64,000 nt of DNA from an uncultured Gammaproteobacteria bacterium. Lineage in GTDB: Bacteria; Patescibacteriota; Patescibacteriia; UBA11705; JABHMO01. Below are positions 20,677 to 28,383 of the stretch, piece after piece. Every line of letters starts with the position of its first letter. The stretch's first letter is position 1. The stretch lies in NCBI GenBank assembly GCA_964590105.1, contig CAZPYM010000001.1:302172-366171 (forward strand). The letters are read 5' to 3'. Both the position numbers and the translations under genes were made by a program. The notes beneath the pieces were generated by a model. The model saw nothing but the letters and a program-made list of their open reading frames with translations. It ran no database searches and was not told where the DNA came from.

Positions 20677-20691
20677 TCCGCCATAGGCGGA
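20677..20691. promoter_or_regulatory. CCGCC-ata-GGCGG mini-hairpin embedded in the TTTGTAATTT-type leader 40 bp upstream of the LigT gene
   Basis: cttccgccataggcggacgag. The surrounding motif tttgtttgtgatttgtta...taatttgtaattt matches the gltX leader, into which this hairpin looks like an insertion. Confidence 0.4.
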
Positions 20692-20719
20692 CGAGTGTAA
20701 TTTGTAATTTATCATCATT

Positions 20720-21262
20720 ATGCGATGTTTTCTAGCCATAAACCTATCAGACGAGATAAAGGATTACCTGGAAGACCTTATTCTTAAAATTGGCAAATCA
20801 ACGCCTTACTTGCGCGTAAAATGGGTAGAAAGAGAAAATCTACATTTAACACTTGGTTTTATTGAAAATATTGACGAGAGTACGCTAAAAAAACTTTCAA
20901 CAGACCTGGACGACCTTTCATTGCCGGAAAACCTTATCCTATGTTTAGGTGAGCTAGGACTATTTCCAAATGACATCAAACCTCGGATTGTAAAAATTAG
21001 TTTGCACGACACTGAAAAAAAGCTGGGATTAATCAATGACCAAATAAAACAAATTTTCAAGCAAAACAACCTTCCGATTGACGAAAAACCATTTTCTCCA
21101 CACATTACGCTCGGACGGATCAAGACCGCGAGCGCCTGGGTCCGATTAGAAAAAACAGAACCACGGTGCTTCAATGTCGTCTCCATTGACTTGATGAAAA
21201 GCAAACTAACACCGTCTGGACCGACTTACAGTTGCCTGAAACGCGTAGCGCTTAACGCGTAG
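20720..21262 (+). CDS. thpR: RNA 2',3'-cyclic phosphodiesterase (2H phosphoesterase, LigT/ThpR)
   Basis: Two H-x-T-x motifs (HLTLGF and HITLGR) within 180 aa. Confidence 0.8.
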   Translation: MRCFLAINLSDEIKDYLEDLILKIGKSTPYLRVKWVERENLHLTLGFIENIDESTLKKLSTDLDDLSLPENLILCLGELGLFPNDIKPRIVKISLHDTEKKLGLINDQIKQIFKQNNLPIDEKPFSPHITLGRIKTASAWVRLEKTEPRCFNVVSIDLMKSKLTPSGPTYSCLKRVALNA

Positions 21263-21395
21263 CGCGGAACGTATAACTTGAGTAAACCCAGTTAATTAGG
21301 TTAATTGGTTAATTAAGTTAATTGGGTAATGAGTAAGCTGACTTTCGATTTTAACTTTTCCCTCTTAACTTTTAACTTTTTGCGTCATACTTGTC

Positions 21396-21429
21396 TGCCT
21401 TTGGCAGAGGCGCATCCGCCTTTGGCGGA
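21396..21429. promoter_or_regulatory. two adjacent mini-hairpins (ctgcc-ttt-ggcag and tccgcc-ttt-ggcgga) in the leader of the WecB/NUDIX gene
   Basis: tctgcctttggcagaggcgcatccgcctttggcggaaac, preceded by gttaatt(a/g)g and ttaactttt tandem repeats at 21300-21380. Confidence 0.4.
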
Positions 21430-21462
21430 AACTTTTCCCTTTTGCCTTTCAACTTTTATCTT

Positions 21463-22662
21463 ATGCCATTTCCACCGGAATTTCAAAACAAAGCAATAAT
21501 CCTCGGCGTTACAATTGATGATCGTCCAATGGATTTTGTATTAAATAAAATTGAACAATTTTTGTGTTCAAATGCTCAGCACTCAATTTTCACGCCAAAT
21601 CCTGAAATTTGCCTGCGAGCAGAAAAAGACGAGGACTATCGCTACACTCTGAACACCGCATCAATCAAGATTCCAGACGGATTTGGTTTGAAGCTCGGCG
21701 CTAAAATCCTCGGTCAAAAACTGGAGAATCGAGTTGCCGGCTCTGATCTGACAAAAAAACTTTTGCACAAATATTCAAATGCAAAAACAGAACTTAAACT
21801 TTTTATTGTCCTTAGAACCGACTCGCTATCAAAGGAAAAAGATATAAAACAAATATTTAGTGCAGATTATCCCAATATCAAATTTAAACTTGGAAATATT
21901 GATATAAAAAAACCTGATGATTGCGACAAATTATTAAACGATATTAATTTATTTGAACCACAAATGCTTTTTGTCTGCCTCGGAGCGCCGACCCAGGAAA
22001 ACTGGATTTATAAATATTTAAAACTAATGCCCAGTGTCAGAGTGGCGCTCGGACTTGGCGGCAGTATTGACTTCCTGACCAACAAAATCAAACGCGCACC
22101 AAAAATAATGCGCGACCTCGGAGTGGAATGGTTTTACCGCCTGTATCAGGAACCGAGCAGATTGAAACGGATAAAGAACGCTACCGCTGATTTTCTGCTT
22201 GCTTGCCACAAATGGAAAAAACGTATTACCAATGAATATCGCCTCAATGTGGTTGCCGTAATAAAAAACCGCCAGGGAAAATTTCTGGTGCAAAAAAATC
22301 CGCGATTCAAAGACCACTGGCAATTTCCGCAGGGCGGATTAAATATTGGCGAAGATCCTGATGCTGCCGTGGTGAGGGAAGCCAGTGAAGAAATCGGCGC
22401 GCCTGAACATTTTTTAAAAGTCATAAAAAAAATCCCAGAATCTCATAATTACGATTGGCCGGAATATGGAAAACTTATAAAAGGCTATAAAGGACAACAA
22501 CAAACAGCGTATTTGCTGGAATATTCAGGCAATGAAACTGACATTGACCTATCAGCCAGCCATGAAGCCGAGGAGATCCGCTGGCTTGATAAACAGGATT
22601 TACTCAAAACAATTCACCGTCATCGTCATGAATTTGCCAAAAAAATCATCAAGCACCTCTAA
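21463..22662 (+). CDS. WecB/TagA/CpsF-family glycosyltransferase fused to a C-terminal NUDIX hydrolase
   Basis: The N-terminal part (ILGVTID...IFTPNPEI...DGFGL...CLGAPTQENWI...GGSIDF) matches the WecB/TagA family. The C-terminus carries the Nudix box GGLNIGEDPDAAVVREASEEIG. I used the ATG at 21463, since the ORF upstream of it covers the hairpin region. Confidence 0.75.
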   Translation: MPFPPEFQNKAIILGVTIDDRPMDFVLNKIEQFLCSNAQHSIFTPNPEICLRAEKDEDYRYTLNTASIKIPDGFGLKLGAKILGQKLENRVAGSDLTKKLLHKYSNAKTELKLFIVLRTDSLSKEKDIKQIFSADYPNIKFKLGNIDIKKPDDCDKLLNDINLFEPQMLFVCLGAPTQENWIYKYLKLMPSVRVALGLGGSIDFLTNKIKRAPKIMRDLGVEWFYRLYQEPSRLKRIKNATADFLLACHKWKKRITNEYRLNVVAVIKNRQGKFLVQKNPRFKDHWQFPQGGLNIGEDPDAAVVREASEEIGAPEHFLKVIKKIPESHNYDWPEYGKLIKGYKGQQQTAYLLEYSGNETDIDLSASHEAEEIRWLDKQDLLKTIHRHRHEFAKKIIKHL

Positions 22663-22855
22663 AAACAAAAACAATGAAACAAAAAAACAAGAAAGCGACG
22701 AAACAATAAGACAAAAAACAAGTAATTGGAAAAATTTATAATATTTGTAAATTTGTTTTCTCTCGCTATTTGTAGCATTTGTAAAAACTTGTCAATTCGT
22801 CTTTTGTAAAAAAACAGCGAACACCGAGATTCAAGTGTTCGCTTTTGCGTTCCTG

Positions 22856-23503
22856 CTAGTTTAACGCGCGTGCGCGCGGAGATTGTTTTCTTTGACTTTC
22901 GTACAGCGACAATTCTTCGCCTCCAATAGAGGCCAGTACCGAGATGCGCGGAGTGAAATTAATCTCCACACCGCTGCGCACTAGTGCGATCACATTGTAC
23001 GCCTTGAAATATGAAAATTGCTCCACAGCGATGATGCAGTACCCATCCTCCTGCGCCTGAGGCCAGCTGATATCTTCCTCTGCTTCATCCAGCCTGATCT
23101 GAAAACTGACCAAGACGGAATCGGCAAAATGCGTTTGTTCGATCGGTTCATTATTGGCGTAAAGAATGATCATCTCGCCGCCATCTTCGATGGCATGGTA
23201 AAGATTGACGCCGGTAATGGACGTCAGTCGATGCAGGGCTACGGGGAGTTCGCGTAGCTCCAGAAATGGTTGACCGACTTTTCTCGACTTGAATACTCTC
23301 GCCAGATCACGGATATTCGGAATGCTGGTCGCGCCTTCGGTCGGCAGAACAAAAATCACTTGCTGGCTGGATTCGGCGTCATTCAGACAAAAACACCACG
23401 AGTGCATCACTGCCTTAACCACCAGCCTGCTTGTCAAGAAAATCGGCCAAAAAGACTCATTGACCGGGATTACCAGATCCTTGCCATCTTTGTTTTGGAT
23501 CAT
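22856..23503 (-). CDS. hypothetical protein (215 aa) in a compositionally atypical island
   Basis: Strong RBS (aagggaggtgaaat-ATG); GC ~50% against a ~35% background; no recognisable motif. Confidence 0.5.
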   Translation of the reverse strand: MIQNKDGKDLVIPVNESFWPIFLTSRLVVKAVMHSWCFCLNDAESSQQVIFVLPTEGATSIPNIRDLARVFKSRKVGQPFLELRELPVALHRLTSITGVNLYHAIEDGGEMIILYANNEPIEQTHFADSVLVSFQIRLDEAEEDISWPQAQEDGYCIIAVEQFSYFKAYNVIALVRSGVEINFTPRISVLASIGGEELSLYESQRKQSPRARALN

Positions 23504-23627
23504 ATTTCACCTCCCTTTGTTTTGGGGTGAATTAATAATGAACAAGCTTATATATTCAGCATAGCTTTCAGACATCAGATAGTCAAGCAAAACATTCACA
23601 GTTTCGGCTAAACAGCTCCTATATTTT

Positions 23628-23669
23628 TTTAAAAGAAAAGAGCTGTATGTTAGATGCAACATACAGCTC
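23628..23669 (-). terminator. rho-independent terminator downstream of the high-GC 317-aa gene
   Basis: A perfect 12-bp inverted repeat gagctgtatgtt-agatgc-aacatacagctc, followed on the minus strand by ttttctttt. Confidence 0.6.
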
Positions 23670-23734
23670 AATTTGCTTGGAATTTTTTGGGACTGAAACG
23701 TCCCTGGTGGGAGAGAAAGGAAGGAGGGGTGAGG

Positions 23735-24685
23735 CTAGCGGTCGCGGCGGGCGTTCTTGCCGTCGCGCTTCCAGCCCTTCTTGTCGCGCTGACCGATCCG
23801 CTTCTGAAGCTCGTCAACCTTGGCCTGGCCGAGATACTCAGCCAGGGTGCAGGTCGCGGCCTGGCGCTTCTGCTGTCCCTCGCGCTCCTTCTCAGCGAGA
23901 TACTCGGCCTCCTTCGGACCGAAGAACATCTTGTAGCGCAGGAGCCCGAGGTAGGCGTCGCTCGAGTTGAGCGAGACCTCGTACTCCTCGCCACGCGCGT
24001 TGCGGTTCTTGCTCGCGATCGACGTGAAGATGTCGACATCCGACTCGAGCACATACGCCCCGTACGATCCGAACTTGCCGAAACGCCGCGTGACGAGGCG
24101 AAGCCCCTTCACGTGGGGCACGCCGCCGTTGCCGTTCGTGCTCTGCTCGCGGCAGAATCCACGCTCCCACTCGAAGAATTCCGAGGGGTTGGAGGGCGCC
24201 GTATCCTTCAGGCCGGCGGCATACGCCACCTCGAAGGCCTCGGTCCGCTCGGAGCACCGCTCGATGTTCTCGATGGGCGCCGTACCGACGATCGGCTTCA
24301 TCAGCCCGAAACCGGCCCGAACGAGCTTCGGCATCGGGGTCCAGACGGATCCCTCACCGAACCGGTCGGTGACCAGCTTGGCGTACTGTTCCTTCTTCTC
24401 CGCATCCTTGTCCGCCGCCGCCTGATAGGCGACAATCGCATCACAGAGCTCCATCTTCTGGAAGCGCCCTCCGGCGACCCGCAGAGACTCCATGACCTTC
24501 TGCGCCGCTTCCGGCGTCAGGAGCAGATAGTCGTCGTCCACTCGGATAACGACCGCCTTGGAAATCGGCCTCACCTCGAGACCGCCCTCGCGCTCCAGGA
24601 CGGTGATGTCCTTGGGAACACCGGGAGTGGGGATCGAGCCGCCAAACTCCGCCACGAATGCCTTGAAACCAACGATCGTTTTCAT
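23735..24685 (-). CDS. hypothetical protein (317 aa) with foreign codon usage (GC ~65%, GC3 near 100%) and a C-terminal Lys/Arg-rich tail
   Basis: RBS ggagga 6 nt upstream of the ATG at 24685 (MKTIVGFKAFVAEFGG...). Amino-acid composition is balanced, and the protein ends ...QRDKKGWKRDGKNARRDR. The long plus-strand ORF over the same region is L/R/A-rich antisense junk. Confidence 0.6.
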   Translation of the reverse strand: MKTIVGFKAFVAEFGGSIPTPGVPKDITVLEREGGLEVRPISKAVVIRVDDDYLLLTPEAAQKVMESLRVAGGRFQKMELCDAIVAYQAAADKDAEKKEQYAKLVTDRFGEGSVWTPMPKLVRAGFGLMKPIVGTAPIENIERCSERTEAFEVAYAAGLKDTAPSNPSEFFEWERGFCREQSTNGNGGVPHVKGLRLVTRRFGKFGSYGAYVLESDVDIFTSIASKNRNARGEEYEVSLNSSDAYLGLLRYKMFFGPKEAEYLAEKEREGQQKRQAATCTLAEYLGQAKVDELQKRIGQRDKKGWKRDGKNARRDR

Positions 24686-25041
24686 CACTTTCCTCCAGTT
24701 AGTTGTAAAAGATACTTCCTCATCCAACAGCACAATTCTTATCTCAAGTCCTTGTTGCGATAAAAACTGTGCTGTCAAATAATAACAAATTTTACACGAT
24801 ATATAACAGGGAAGTATAGCATACATCAAATATTTTGTCAAGAGGTGTTATTTGAAGTTTTATTATTACACTAAAATTAGACAAACAAACAAGTTACACC
24901 TAAGTAACATTTCAGAGGTTATTAACTGTTTACAATACGCATAATTTGAGCTATAATTTTGGGGAAGCTGAAAAAGAAGCACTTTGTTATTTCCGCTTTA
25001 TTGTTTGTGATTTGTTATTTGTAATTTATTATTATCCATTT

Positions 25042-26568
25042 ATGCTCCCAACCAACAATATCCGCGTGCGAATCGCGCCAAGCCCGACCGGCTTTGTGCA
25101 TGTGGGCAACCTAAGAACCATATTGTACAACTTTTTATTTGCCCGGCACAACAAAGGTAAATTTATAATTAGAATTGAAGATACTGATCAGTCTAGATTA
25201 GTGGCCGGTGCAGTGGAAAACCTGTTGCAAGTTTTGCAGTGGGCGGGGATTGAAGCGGATGAGGGCCCGTACCTAACAAAAGACAACAAAGTCAAAGAGC
25301 GCGGCGATTTTGGACCTTATACGCAGTCTGAGAGATTGGATATATACAAACAGCAAATCCAAGTGCTATTGGACAAAAATAAAGCCTATCATTGTTTTTG
25401 CGATAAACAAAGGCTAGACGATCTAAGGGAAGATCAAAAGAAAAATAAACAAGCGCCGAAATATGATAATTTCTGCCGCAAGCTGTCGCAAAAAGAAGCT
25501 CAATCCATGCTCGATTCCGGAGCCTCGTCTGTAATCAGATTCAAAATGCCGGAAAACAGGCAAGTGGTATGCGATGATCTGATTCGAGGCAAAATCATTG
25601 TCAATACCAAGGATATGGACGATTATGTACTGATTAAATCCGACGGTTTTCCGACTTATCATTTTGCTAATATTGTAGACGATCATTTCATGAAAATAAC
25701 GCATATAATGAGAGGGGACGAGTGGATCGCCTCCACGCCAAAACATGTTTTACTTTATGAAGCGTTTGAATGGCAGCCGCCGATTTTCGCCCATCTGCCG
25801 ACTTTACTGAACAAGCAAAAGAAAAAATTAAGTAAACGCGACGGCGACACTTCAGTTCAATCGTTTATTGACCAAGGATATTTGCGCGACGCTTTTATCA
25901 ATTTTATTGCGCTACTCGGGTGGAATGCGGGCACTGAACAAGAAGTTTACACGCCCAATGAACTGATTCGGCAATTCAGTCTGGATAATGTTCACAAGTC
26001 AGGCGCAGTCTTTGATCTTGACAAACTTGACTGGATAAACGGATTATATATTCGAAAATTATCCGAAGACGAATTATATGAAAAATGCCTGCCTTATCTG
26101 GTGGAGGCGAATATTATTACTGTCGGAAAAAATATTGTCATCAATGAAACCAATGAAAAAGTAAAACCGTCTTATATCAAAAACATATTGCAGTTAGAGC
26201 AATCAAGGATAAAAAAACTCAATGAAATTCCGGAGGCTGTAAAATTTTTCTTTGTCAAAGAGCTGACATATGACGCAGACGGCTTGGTTTGGAAAAAATC
26301 AAACAAAAAAGACACGTATGACCATCTGCAATCTCTGCTCGAAATTTTGCAGGGAATCTTAGAGAGCTCTTTCACACCGGAAAAATTAAAAAAGACCATT
26401 ACCGAGCATATTGAGAAAAATAACATCGACACCGGCACTCTACTCTGGCCAATGCGCTTTGCGCTCTCCGGCCAGCAAAAATCACCCGATCCCTTTGAAA
26501 TCGCATCTGCGCTTGGGAAGGACAAGAGCCTGGACAGAATAAAAAAGGCGGTTGAAAAACTTAAATAA
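25042..26568 (+). CDS. gltX: glutamyl-tRNA synthetase
   Basis: RIAPSPTGFVHVGNLRT (HIGH-type) and KLSKRDGD (KMSKS-type). I chose the start at the ATG at 25042 (MLPTNN...), because the upstream part of the listed ORF is leader motif. Confidence 0.9.
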   Translation: MLPTNNIRVRIAPSPTGFVHVGNLRTILYNFLFARHNKGKFIIRIEDTDQSRLVAGAVENLLQVLQWAGIEADEGPYLTKDNKVKERGDFGPYTQSERLDIYKQQIQVLLDKNKAYHCFCDKQRLDDLREDQKKNKQAPKYDNFCRKLSQKEAQSMLDSGASSVIRFKMPENRQVVCDDLIRGKIIVNTKDMDDYVLIKSDGFPTYHFANIVDDHFMKITHIMRGDEWIASTPKHVLLYEAFEWQPPIFAHLPTLLNKQKKKLSKRDGDTSVQSFIDQGYLRDAFINFIALLGWNAGTEQEVYTPNELIRQFSLDNVHKSGAVFDLDKLDWINGLYIRKLSEDELYEKCLPYLVEANIITVGKNIVINETNEKVKPSYIKNILQLEQSRIKKLNEIPEAVKFFFVKELTYDADGLVWKKSNKKDTYDHLQSLLEILQGILESSFTPEKLKKTITEHIEKNNIDTGTLLWPMRFALSGQQKSPDPFEIASALGKDKSLDRIKKAVEKLK

Positions 26569-26581
26569 CAACCATATTCAG

Positions 26582-26607
26582 AAGCCCGATTAAATACGGG
26601 CTTTTTG
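26582..26607 (+). terminator. rho-independent terminator after gltX
   Basis: aagcccg-attaaata-cgggctttttg. Confidence 0.55.
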
Positions 26608-26644
26608 AGTAATTTTTTTTATAATGCTATAATATTCCTGCACT

Positions 26645-27838
26645 ATGAAACATCGCGGAAAAATATTTTTGCTGGCAATATGCATTTTAATGATGCCTAG
26701 TTTGATATTTGCCCAAACGCTGGACGAACTTAATACTGAAATAAAAAACAAACAAGAAGAAATCACTCAGATAAAAAAAGAAGCTGCCATTTATCAAAAA
26801 AATATCCGGGTCAAGCAGGAGGAGGCTGCTTCGCTCAAAAATCAGCTTTCAATACTGGAAAACAAAATCGCCAAAACAAACCTGGACGTAAAGTCGACAA
26901 AAAAAGAAATCGAGCAAGGTCAACTCGAAACCAGAAACATTGAACTTCAAATCCTGTCGAAACAAGACGCTATTGATAATCAAAAACTGGCACTAACAAA
27001 TATCCTGCAAGAAATCCGTCAAAACGATCAAGAAAATACCTTAAAAATATTTCTAATGAATGATTCTTTGTCGGATTTTTTTAATGAAACCGAATACACA
27101 AAAGATCTGCAACAAGGCCTCCAGGAAACATTGGGCAATTTAAAATCCGAAAAAAAGCTTTTACTGGCGAAAAAAAACGAACTGGAAAACAAGCAAAAAG
27201 AATTACTTGCTTTAAATGATCAACTTGAGCTCGAAAAAATAGAATTAATCGGACAAACAGATTATAAAGAAAATTTATTAGTTTCCACAAAAAATTCCGA
27301 ACAAAAGTTTACCGAATTATTTTGGCAGGCCAAGGAGGAGCAAGAATCTATTAGCTCGTCCATAACAGTTTTAGAAAAGCAAGCCAGACAAAAACTGGAC
27401 CAGTTAAAAACCGAACAACCAAAACTCACTGATAGCCAACTTTCTTGGCCAGTACCGAAAAATAAGATTACCGCTTATTTTCACGATCCTGATTATCCTT
27501 TCAGATATTTATTCGAGCATCCAGCAATTGATATTCGCGCCAAGCAAGGCACGCCAATAGCTGCGCCGGCCGAAGGCTATGTTTTAACGGCAAAAGACGC
27601 GGGGATGGGCTACAGCTACATCGCGCTGATTCATGCCAATGGAATTTCAACAGTCTATGGCCATGTCAGTAAAATATTTGTCAGGGAAGACGAATATGTG
27701 GCCAAAGGAGAAATCATCGGCCTTAGCGGCGCCATGCCGGGTACACCGGGCGCCGGCCGCCTGACTACCGGACCGCATTTGCACTTTGAAGTCAGAGTCA
27801 ACGGCATTCCGGTAAATCCTCTGGATTATTTGCCATAA
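26645..27838 (+). CDS. M23 family metallopeptidase with an N-terminal coiled-coil (EnvC-like)
   Basis: Signal peptide, a long coiled-coil (QEEITQIKKEAAIYQKN...) and a C-terminal M23 domain (GMGYSYIALIHANGISTVYGH...GPHLHFEVRVNG). Confidence 0.85.
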   Translation: MKHRGKIFLLAICILMMPSLIFAQTLDELNTEIKNKQEEITQIKKEAAIYQKNIRVKQEEAASLKNQLSILENKIAKTNLDVKSTKKEIEQGQLETRNIELQILSKQDAIDNQKLALTNILQEIRQNDQENTLKIFLMNDSLSDFFNETEYTKDLQQGLQETLGNLKSEKKLLLAKKNELENKQKELLALNDQLELEKIELIGQTDYKENLLVSTKNSEQKFTELFWQAKEEQESISSSITVLEKQARQKLDQLKTEQPKLTDSQLSWPVPKNKITAYFHDPDYPFRYLFEHPAIDIRAKQGTPIAAPAEGYVLTAKDAGMGYSYIALIHANGISTVYGHVSKIFVREDEYVAKGEIIGLSGAMPGTPGAGRLTTGPHLHFEVRVNGIPVNPLDYLP

Positions 27839-27864
27839 ATGCAACCATTAAGTTAAATAAAATA

Positions 27865-27890
27865 AAAGCCTGTCAAAACAGGCTTTTATT
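27865..27890 (+). terminator. rho-independent terminator after the M23 peptidase gene
   Basis: aaagcctgt-caaa-acaggcttttatt. Confidence 0.55.
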
Positions 27891-27949
27891 GAGCAACAGA
27901 GTAACATCAAAATCATCTGCCAATAAATCAACACGAACAACTGGCCTTC

Positions 27950-28306
27950 ATGCTATTCGCAAAAATTTGCGATATTCTTCAGGTTAAAGGCTTGAGATTT
28001 AAAATCATGCAGAGAAAAACCAGCAAAAGTAATAAAAGCTATACGCTCGGGTATATTAATTTGCAAACCAAAACAATTGTGCTGGATATTTATTCACCGA
28101 AAACCCTGAAGCCAAAGAGCCTGAATGGGCTTATCCGCACGCTGGCGCATGAAATCGCTCATCTACAAAAACCGCCATACCGCCAGAGATACAAGGGAAG
28201 ATGGATCGCCCGCCAGCATTATCCTGAATTTTATAAACAAACTGAAAAAAATATAAATAAAATCAAAGCTGATCCGATCTTGGGAATGCATTTTCGAAAA
28301 GATTAA
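27950..28306 (+). CDS. SprT-like zinc metalloprotease domain protein
   Basis: YTLGYINLQTKTIVLD...LIRTLAHEIAHL (HExxH); the true start may be the internal ATG near 28007. Confidence 0.5.
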   Translation: MLFAKICDILQVKGLRFKIMQRKTSKSNKSYTLGYINLQTKTIVLDIYSPKTLKPKSLNGLIRTLAHEIAHLQKPPYRQRYKGRWIARQHYPEFYKQTEKNINKIKADPILGMHFRKD

Positions 28307-28337
28307 TTATTTTTCGTTATTATTATTTTCGTCAACC

Positions 28338-28366
28338 AAAAGACCCCGCCAAGCGGGGTCTTTCTT
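28338..28366. terminator. bidirectional terminator between the convergent SprT-like and giant-protein genes
   Basis: aaagaccccgc-caag-gcggggtctttctt. Confidence 0.6.
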
Positions 28367-28383
28367 ATCTGAAGTTATTTAAC

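Noticed and set aside
23654-24763. 369-aa plus-strand ORF spanning the high-GC island
   Set aside because: It is the antisense of the high-GC 317-aa gene and is L/R/A-rich with poly-Leu runs, the typical spurious reverse-strand ORF of GC-rich DNA. The minus-strand frame has an RBS, a terminator and balanced composition.
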